DNA of 64,000 nt from an uncultured Candidatus Saccharibacteria bacterium (GTDB lineage Bacteria; Patescibacteriota; Minisyncoccia; Phycocordibacterales; UBA918). The notes beneath the pieces are model-generated. The model did not search any database, was not told the DNA's origin, and worked only from the letters and a program-made list of their open reading frames with translations. The stretch lies in the NCBI GenBank assembly GCA_964353135.1, contig CAYGTV010000001.1:151138-215137 (forward strand), given 5' to 3'. Both the position numbers and the translations under genes were made by a program. Of the stretch, positions 57,886 through 64,000 are shown in pieces; position 1 is the stretch's first letter, and every line of letters starts with the position of its first letter.

Positions 57886-59268
57886 TCAGAAGTCATCACC
57901 AGTTCCCGGTGCTGCGGCGTGGTGGGTATCGAGGTTGAGGAATCGCACGTGTTCGCCATCGAAGTATAGCTCGGCATGACCAACTGCACCGTTACGGTGT
58001 TTTTCGACCATGATTTCGGCGATGTTTGGTCGCTCGGCTTCTTTGTCGCGATTCATTTTATCCTCCCGGTGGATAAACATCACCACGTCGGCATCCTGCT
58101 CGATTGAACCTGAGTCACGCAGGTCGGACAGTCGTGGCTTGCCACCACGCTGCTCAACGGCTCGTGATAGCTGTGATAGGGCAATCACCGGAATATCTAG
58201 CTCTTTGGCGAGGATTTTGAGTGACCGCGAGATTTCCGTGATTTGTTGCACCATATTGTCGGAACCTTTGCTGAGGGTAGGGGACATGAGCTGTAGGTAG
58301 TCCACAATCAGCATATCGAGTCCGTACTCGTTTTTCAGTCGGCGGGCGGCTGACTTCATTTTTACGATATTCATATCAGCCTCGTCGATGATGTGAATTG
58401 GAGCTTTGCTTAGTTTTTCCATCGCTGCTTGCAGGCGCTCGTATTCTTCGTCGTTACTAAGTCGGCCGGTACGTAGTTTCCAACTATCAACGCCAGACTC
58501 AGCCGCAAGCATACGATCGACCAACTGTTGGTCACTCATTTCGAGTGAGAAAAACCCAACTGATGCACCGCCGATCATAGCGGCGTTGCGAGCGAGGTCG
58601 AGGGCAAAGGTGGTTTTTCCCATCGATGGTCGGGCGGCCAGGATAATGAGGTCGGATTTTTGAAACCCAGCCAAGACATTATCAAGTGCATGAAAGCCAG
58701 AGGGAACACCGCGTTTGTCCTGGGGATTTTCGGTTAAGTGTTCGAATCGCTCCCAAGCTTCCGACAGGGCGGTCCCAATCGGGCGGAATTTCTGTGAAGA
58801 GGGAGCCTGGGTGGCTTGAAAAATTTTCTTTTCCGCTTGGTCGAGAGCCTCGTCGACCGACTCAGGGTCACTGTAGCCAATCTCGGCGATATCGTCAGCT
58901 GCGTGAATTAACCCCCGCAGTGATGATTTGGCCTGGATTTGGTCAGCGTAATACGCGGCGTTACCAGCAGCTGGGACGCTTTCAATTAGTTCCGACACGT
59001 ACGAAGCTCCTCCGACGCGCTCCAGTTCGCCCATGTCTTTGAGTTTGGTGGTGACAGAAACGATATCGATCGGGTCACCTTTGGAAAAGATCTGCGAAAT
59101 GGCTGAGAAGATTGCTCGGTGTTTGTCGGCGTAGAACGACTCAGGATAAATAATTACCGAAATATCGTGCATCACGTCAGGTTTGAGGATGATCGCACCG
59201 ATCAACGCTCGTTCCGCATCAACGTTTTGGGGCGGAGTGCGCAGGGATTTATGAGTGTTGGTCGCCAT
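57886..59268 (-). CDS. dnaB: Replicative DNA helicase
   Basis: AARPSMGKT, FSLEMS, VDYLQL, SQLSR, DLRDSGSIEQDAD. Confidence 0.97.
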   Translation of the reverse strand: MATNTHKSLRTPPQNVDAERALIGAIILKPDVMHDISVIIYPESFYADKHRAIFSAISQIFSKGDPIDIVSVTTKLKDMGELERVGGASYVSELIESVPAAGNAAYYADQIQAKSSLRGLIHAADDIAEIGYSDPESVDEALDQAEKKIFQATQAPSSQKFRPIGTALSEAWERFEHLTENPQDKRGVPSGFHALDNVLAGFQKSDLIILAARPSMGKTTFALDLARNAAMIGGASVGFFSLEMSDQQLVDRMLAAESGVDSWKLRTGRLSNDEEYERLQAAMEKLSKAPIHIIDEADMNIVKMKSAARRLKNEYGLDMLIVDYLQLMSPTLSKGSDNMVQQITEISRSLKILAKELDIPVIALSQLSRAVEQRGGKPRLSDLRDSGSIEQDADVVMFIHREDKMNRDKEAERPNIAEIMVEKHRNGAVGHAELYFDGEHVRFLNLDTHHAAAPGTGDDF

Positions 59269-59370
59269 GTAGGTAGCATTTTAGCACTTCCAGAGTTTTC
59301 CTGCAGGTTTGTGAAAAGTGGAGAGCCTGTGTATAGTGAAAACTGGATTTTTCTAGCCAAGGAGTGTCAG

Positions 59371-59694
59371 ATGCGTAAGAAATACCGTCCGGCCCAAAGC
59401 TGGAAAGACAAGGAGCAGTTTCACCTTCGGTGGCGATTGTATTGTTACTTAGGTGCAGAGAGTGGGCCAATCTGGCCGAAACGTCTTTTGGTTGCGGTAG
59501 CTTGTTTCAGAATATCACTTGTCATAATTGCGGCGATGTATCTGAATCTTTATGGCCTTCCAAAAATAGATAGCTGGAACGACACCGCAATCTTTTTTTC
59601 TCCTATTTTGATCAGTTCGTACGCTACTGTTTGGCTGCTGCATCGATGGGCGAGTCAACCGTTCGTTAAGGTTAGGAAAAAGCGCAGGATCTAA
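59371..59694 (+). CDS. Small membrane protein, 2 predicted TM helices (orphan cassette)
   Basis: AAGGAG SD, TGTGTATAGT -10, bidirectional terminator at 59677-59708. Confidence 0.7.
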   Translation: MRKKYRPAQSWKDKEQFHLRWRLYCYLGAESGPIWPKRLLVAVACFRISLVIIAAMYLNLYGLPKIDSWNDTAIFFSPILISSYATVWLLHRWASQPFVKVRKKRRI

Positions 59695-59713
59695 TCCTGC
59701 GCTTTTTTGCTGC

Positions 59714-61162
59714 CTAGTTCTTTGTTACTCGCGGGCCGTGTTCAGAGTCTTCGATGCTGTAGCCTTTGGTTGTCAGCTGCTCTCTGATTCTGTCTGCCTC
59801 AGCGTAGTCTCGACCGATGCGGGCGATTTCGCGAGCATTGATGAGGTCTTGTATTTCTTCTGGTATATCGTCAATTGCGACTACACCTAGTGATTTGGCG
59901 CCCTGTGTCGGGTCGTCTGATAGTCCAATGTCGAGCACCTCGTCCATCGCTAGTAGGGTGCCGGCCTTGGTGGTGTTTTTGAGGTTTTTATCTTTGACCA
60001 TATCCCACATGATGGCGATTGCGCCAGGAGTATCGAGGTCGTCAGCCAAACGTTCATCAAATTTCTCGAGGTACGCTTTGTCGGGTAGTGATGGTTTTTG
60101 TTTATATTCCTCAAACATGTGTCGCTTGAGCCGGAAGAGGGCTTGTTTTGATCCAGCGAGTGCATCCCATGTGAAATTAGCAGGAGATCGATAATGGGCA
60201 GTTAATAACCAATAGCGATAATCATCACCAGAAAAGCCTCTGTCAGTTAGATGTCTTACTGTAATAGCGTTACCAACTGATTTTCCAATTCGACTATTTT
60301 CAATTGTGATGAATTCATTATGCAGCCAGTATTTTGAAAATTGTTTTCCTGTCACAGCTTCACACTGCGCGATTTCAGCATTGTGATGAACAGCGATATG
60401 GTCGATACCACCTGTATGAATATCGATTTGCTTGCCGAGAGTAGCCATGGCCATCGCTGAACATTCCATGTGCCAACCAGGGAAGCCAGTTCCAAAGCGA
60501 CTTGGCCATCCCAGTTCACCTTTTTTCCAAACTGCAAAGTCAGCCGGGTGTTTTTTTTCACTGTTTACTTCAACTCGTGCGCCGCTTTTAAGTTCCTCTA
60601 GATTGATGTTCCCAAGCCGGCCGTAGGTAGGGAATTTGCTGATATCAAAATATACACCGTCGCTAGTCTCGTACGTGTATCCCTTGTCATCGAGGGATTT
60701 GATCAAGTTGATTTGTTGTTTGACGTACTCACTAGCGCGCGCGTAGGTGGTTGGTGGCATGACACGCAGTTCGTGTAGGTCAGCCTCAAATGCATCGATA
60801 TATGTATCAGTTAGCTTTCTCATTGATTTGAGATTGATGTCGAGACCATCTCGTTTGAGTCCTTTCATGATTTTGTCTTCACCCTCATCACCATCGTCTG
60901 TCAGGTGTCCAAAGTCAGTAAGGTTGATAGTGTGTTTGACCAGGTAACCATTACGGATCAGGGCGCGCTTGAGAATATCGGCAAAAATATACGAACGCAT
61001 ATTTCCAATCGTTGCGTAGTCGTACACAGTTGGGCCACAGGTATACATTTTTACATTGGTCGCGTCATACGGCTCAAATACCTCGAGTTGTTTCGATTCG
61101 GTGTTGTACAGGTTAATCTCACGGGTAATGACCGGTTGTTTATGGAATAGGTTGCCAAACAT
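59714..61162 (-). CDS. cysS: Cysteinyl-tRNA synthetase
   Basis: YTCGPTVY, PGWHMECSAM, DIHTGG.DH...HH..E.AQ; KMSKS is RIGKS. Confidence 0.96.
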   Translation of the reverse strand: MFGNLFHKQPVITREINLYNTESKQLEVFEPYDATNVKMYTCGPTVYDYATIGNMRSYIFADILKRALIRNGYLVKHTINLTDFGHLTDDGDEGEDKIMKGLKRDGLDINLKSMRKLTDTYIDAFEADLHELRVMPPTTYARASEYVKQQINLIKSLDDKGYTYETSDGVYFDISKFPTYGRLGNINLEELKSGARVEVNSEKKHPADFAVWKKGELGWPSRFGTGFPGWHMECSAMAMATLGKQIDIHTGGIDHIAVHHNAEIAQCEAVTGKQFSKYWLHNEFITIENSRIGKSVGNAITVRHLTDRGFSGDDYRYWLLTAHYRSPANFTWDALAGSKQALFRLKRHMFEEYKQKPSLPDKAYLEKFDERLADDLDTPGAIAIMWDMVKDKNLKNTTKAGTLLAMDEVLDIGLSDDPTQGAKSLGVVAIDDIPEEIQDLINAREIARIGRDYAEADRIREQLTTKGYSIEDSEHGPRVTKN

Positions 61163-61223
61163 AAGTGCGGTAAGTGTAACAAATTTTTAGTTATTTGGCG
61201 CAGCGCGACTGGCATGCCATAAT

Positions 61224-62510
61224 ATGCCAATGCAACGATACACAGGGGTACTAATGGCCGTACTACTAGCGACGGCCGCGTTTGGATCAGGGATACAGTT
61301 TGGTCAGGGCGCAAATGGATCAGGACAAATGGCTTCATTGTTTAGCTTGTTTGCCTCTGAACCATCCCCATCACCAGCTCATGACGACCTGGGTGAGTTT
61401 TGGGAAGTGTGGAAGTTACTCGATGAGAAATTTGCTGTAGGTACTTCATCACAACAACTAACCCGAGAACAAAAAATTCAAGGTGCAATTGACGGTTTGG
61501 TTGATGCCTACGGTGATCCTTATACAGTGTATCTACCTCCGGCTGATGCACAGTCATTTGCGGCGGACATTTCTGGTGAATTTAGTGGTGTAGGAATGGA
61601 AGTAGGAATGCGGGAAGGTGTCATTACCATTATCGCTCCGCTACCGGGAACGCCGGCAGAACAAGCTGGTTTGCAGGCCGGCGATATGATCACCCGGATT
61701 GATGATAATTCAACTGAAGCGATGCGCATTGATCAAGCGGTAGATCTCATCCGGGGACCAAAGGGAACAGTTGTTACTCTGACGGTGTTTCGGGAGGGTG
61801 AGATGGAATTTTTGGAAATCCCAGTCACGCGAGACACTATAGAAATTCCAACCGTTACAACTGAGCAAGTCGGGGACGTTTTTGTGGTCGCACTGTACAG
61901 CTTTAACGCAGTTGCCCAATCAAAAATGATCGAGGGGCTCAATGAATATCTACAAAGCGATGCGACAAAACTAGTGATTGATGTTCGAGGTAATCCGGGA
62001 GGGTTCCTTGAGAGTGCCGTATCAATTGGTAGTTTTTTTGTCCCGTCAGGCAAAGTTATTGTGCAAGAATCATTTGTGGATGAAACCAAGAACGATACGT
62101 TCCGTAGTCGCGGGCGTCAGGTAGGTGTATTTACACCGGAAAATCTGGTCGTGCTCGTCGACGGTGGTTCAGCTTCTGCCTCAGAAATTCTAGCTGGGGC
62201 ACTCAAAGACCATGGACTGGCTACTGTTATCGGAACTCAGACATTTGGAAAGGGTTCTGTACAGGAATTAGTTGAACTGAGTGATGGTTCTTCACTCAAG
62301 GTCACAATTGCACGGTGGTTAACACCAAACGGAACATCAATCTCTGATGGTGGACTAACTCCAGATATAGTAATCAATCGAACTGGACAGCAGCGACTCG
62401 ATGAGATCGATCCGCAAAAAGACGCAGCCATAGCATTTCTCAATGGCGAGACGGTTGTTAGTGAATCACTGGAAGAAGGTTTACTTGAGGTCGACCAGGC
62501 TGGTGAATAG
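61224..62510 (+). CDS. ctpA: C-terminal processing peptidase (S41A)
   Basis: DPYT, PDZ, DVRGNPGG, SASASEI, TFGKGSVQ. Confidence 0.93.
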   Translation: MPMQRYTGVLMAVLLATAAFGSGIQFGQGANGSGQMASLFSLFASEPSPSPAHDDLGEFWEVWKLLDEKFAVGTSSQQLTREQKIQGAIDGLVDAYGDPYTVYLPPADAQSFAADISGEFSGVGMEVGMREGVITIIAPLPGTPAEQAGLQAGDMITRIDDNSTEAMRIDQAVDLIRGPKGTVVTLTVFREGEMEFLEIPVTRDTIEIPTVTTEQVGDVFVVALYSFNAVAQSKMIEGLNEYLQSDATKLVIDVRGNPGGFLESAVSIGSFFVPSGKVIVQESFVDETKNDTFRSRGRQVGVFTPENLVVLVDGGSASASEILAGALKDHGLATVIGTQTFGKGSVQELVELSDGSSLKVTIARWLTPNGTSISDGGLTPDIVINRTGQQRLDEIDPQKDAAIAFLNGETVVSESLEEGLLEVDQAGE

Positions 62511-62573
62511 GACACCAGTTTGCTATACTGCACAACGTATTTTACAGATAAAGCTGAAACTAATTAAAACGAT

Positions 62574-63014
62574 ATGAAAGTAATCCTCTTGCAAGATGTG
62601 GCTAAAATTGGCCTTCGAAACGAAATTGTCGATGTTCCAAACGGCTACGCTTCAAACAAACTAATTCCAAAAAAACTGGCTGAACCAGCGACGCCTGCCA
62701 ATTTGAAGAAAGTAGGAAAAGTACAAGCTGCAAAAGCTGGAGCAGCTGCCAGTGTAGAGGCTGTATTTAACGCCGCCAAAGAAGCTTTGTCAGCAGAGCC
62801 GCTGACCATCGCTGCCGAGATGAACGAACAAGAACATTTGTTCAAGGCCGTTGATGCAGCAGATGTTGTCAAAGCCGCAGAAGCAAAAGGGATCGCTGTA
62901 ACTTCACAAATGATCGGCTTTCCAGAGGTGGTTAAATCAGCCGGTGAACACACCGTGGCCCTACAGGCTGGTGCCCACAACGCCTCATTTACTATTAATG
63001 TAGTTAAAGCGTAG
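62574..63014 (+). CDS. rplI: 50S ribosomal protein L9
   Basis: MKVILLQDV..IG...V.V..GYA.N.LIPK. Confidence 0.96.
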   Translation: MKVILLQDVAKIGLRNEIVDVPNGYASNKLIPKKLAEPATPANLKKVGKVQAAKAGAAASVEAVFNAAKEALSAEPLTIAAEMNEQEHLFKAVDAADVVKAAEAKGIAVTSQMIGFPEVVKSAGEHTVALQAGAHNASFTINVVKA

Positions 63015-63017
63015 TTT

Positions 63018-63728
63018 ATGGATAGTCAGATGAAACAATCACTCATCTCAATCGTTGGGCTGCTTGTTATCTGCGGTTTACTGGTAGCTGGTATTTCATA
63101 CTGGCTAGGTGGACCTGAAAACGTAGCAGAAGTAAATATTACCAACGAAACACAGATCGATACACCGCTAGCACTTGATGCTATTGATCCTTATGAACCA
63201 GAAATAACTAATCGTATGAATCCAATCGCAGTACTTGAAACAAACAAAGGTAACATCGAAATCGAGCTATACGATGATGCTATGCCAATCACAGCCGGTA
63301 ACTTTATGAAGTTGATCAACGAAGGGTACTACGATGGAATCAAATTTCATCGAGTAATCGACGGATTTATGATCCAAGGAGGTGACCCAATCACTAAAAC
63401 TGATGAAGTAGCACGGTACGGAACTGGTGGGCCAGGGTACAGTATCCCAGACGAACACATCGCTGGGGATAAACTGACAAATGTGCGCGGAACTATCTCA
63501 ATGGCCAACAGTGGACCAAACAGTGGAGGAAGTCAGTTTTTCATCAATCTAGCTGACAACACTAACCTCGACTTTGACAAACAACCATTGCAGTCAAAAC
63601 ACCCAGTATTTGGACAGGTGATAGCTGGAATGGATGTGGTTGATGCGATCGCAACTGTCGAAACCGGACCAACTGACCTGCCGCTAGAAGATATAGTAAT
63701 TGAGCGAGCAACAATTAAAGAGTCTTAG
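63018..63728 (+). CDS. Cyclophilin-type peptidylprolyl isomerase, membrane-anchored
   Basis: FHRVIDGFMIQGGDP, SMANSGPNSGGSQFFI, VFG. Confidence 0.95.
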   Translation: MDSQMKQSLISIVGLLVICGLLVAGISYWLGGPENVAEVNITNETQIDTPLALDAIDPYEPEITNRMNPIAVLETNKGNIEIELYDDAMPITAGNFMKLINEGYYDGIKFHRVIDGFMIQGGDPITKTDEVARYGTGGPGYSIPDEHIAGDKLTNVRGTISMANSGPNSGGSQFFINLADNTNLDFDKQPLQSKHPVFGQVIAGMDVVDAIATVETGPTDLPLEDIVIERATIKES

Positions 63729-63740
63729 AAGATAATCAAA

Positions 63741-63777
63741 AAGAAAAGCCTGATCAGTTGATCAGGCTTTTCTTTTG
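63741..63777. terminator. Bidirectional terminator
   Basis: AAGAAAAGCCTGATCA/TGATCAGGCTTTTCTT between convergent genes. Confidence 0.8.
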
Positions 63778-63787
63778 TCCAAGTAGC

Positions 63788-64000
63788 TTACGCAGTTACT
63801 GGGAGAATGTTCACAACTTTTTTAGTTGTCTTTTGTCCTGTGAAGGTAATCTTTCGCTTGTTTGTGAAAGACACAACTCCCTCTGTGACTGAGTATAGAG
63901 TGTGGTCTTTTGCGACTTTAACCCCGGTACCAGCTTCAATTTTTGTTCCGCGTTGGCGGACGATGATTTCTCCGGCCTTCACCATTTGACCGTCTGCACG
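63788..64000 (-). CDS. rpmA: 50S ribosomal protein L27 (3' part; start outside window)
   Basis: [17 protein letters not shown]...DHTL. Confidence 0.95.
   Translation of the reverse strand, partial: RADGQMVKAGEIIVRQRGTKIEAGTGVKVAKDHTLYSVTEGVVSFTNKRKITFTGQKTTKKVVNILPVTA

Noticed and set aside
1-64000. Alternative genetic code (UGA=Gly) or prophage
   Set aside because: TGA terminates genes such as dnaB and ORFs are intact under code 11; no phage structural, terminase or integrase genes

Overview
This is a gene-dense chromosomal segment read in standard genetic code 11. Gene content and architecture point to a Patescibacteria/CPR (Parcubacteria-like) bacterium, which is an inference: class I LysRS, degenerate PriA and HolB, XRE-MurA fusion, two MreB paralogs, a VirD4/TraG-like ATPase, and mostly leaderless core genes. 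The core genes cover translation (fmt, def, frr, proS, lysS class I, cysS, truB, rplU, rplI, rpmA, greA, tRNA-Glu), cell envelope and division (murA, mreB x2, mreC, mreD-like, PBP2, mraZ-rsmH-ftsL-ftsI-murF, ctpA, rseP) and replication/repair (priA, holB, dnaB, recR, rmuC, a Pif1-like helicase). About 15 orphan cassettes sit between them, typically with their own -35/-10 promoter, a strong Shine-Dalgarno and a terminator. There is also a stress/envelope island with a TrmB-like regulator and a solitary AIPR gene downstream of tRNA-Glu. The most striking unexplained signals are non-coding or very small. (1) A self-contained ~180-nt structured transcript near 32.3 kb carries a 4-codon SD-led mini-ORF and a four-way junction. 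(2) A set of foldback elements have an outer arm that is an inverted copy of the adjacent gene sequence (rseP end, greA end, mreB end, tRNA-Glu 3' half, inside rseP). (3) A perfect 16-bp palindrome covers the XRE-MurA promoter. (4) An unannotated 34-aa, very basic protein lies divergent from rplU. No CRISPR array, integrase, transposase or reverse transcriptase was seen. All product calls come from motif recognition by eye, not from database searches.
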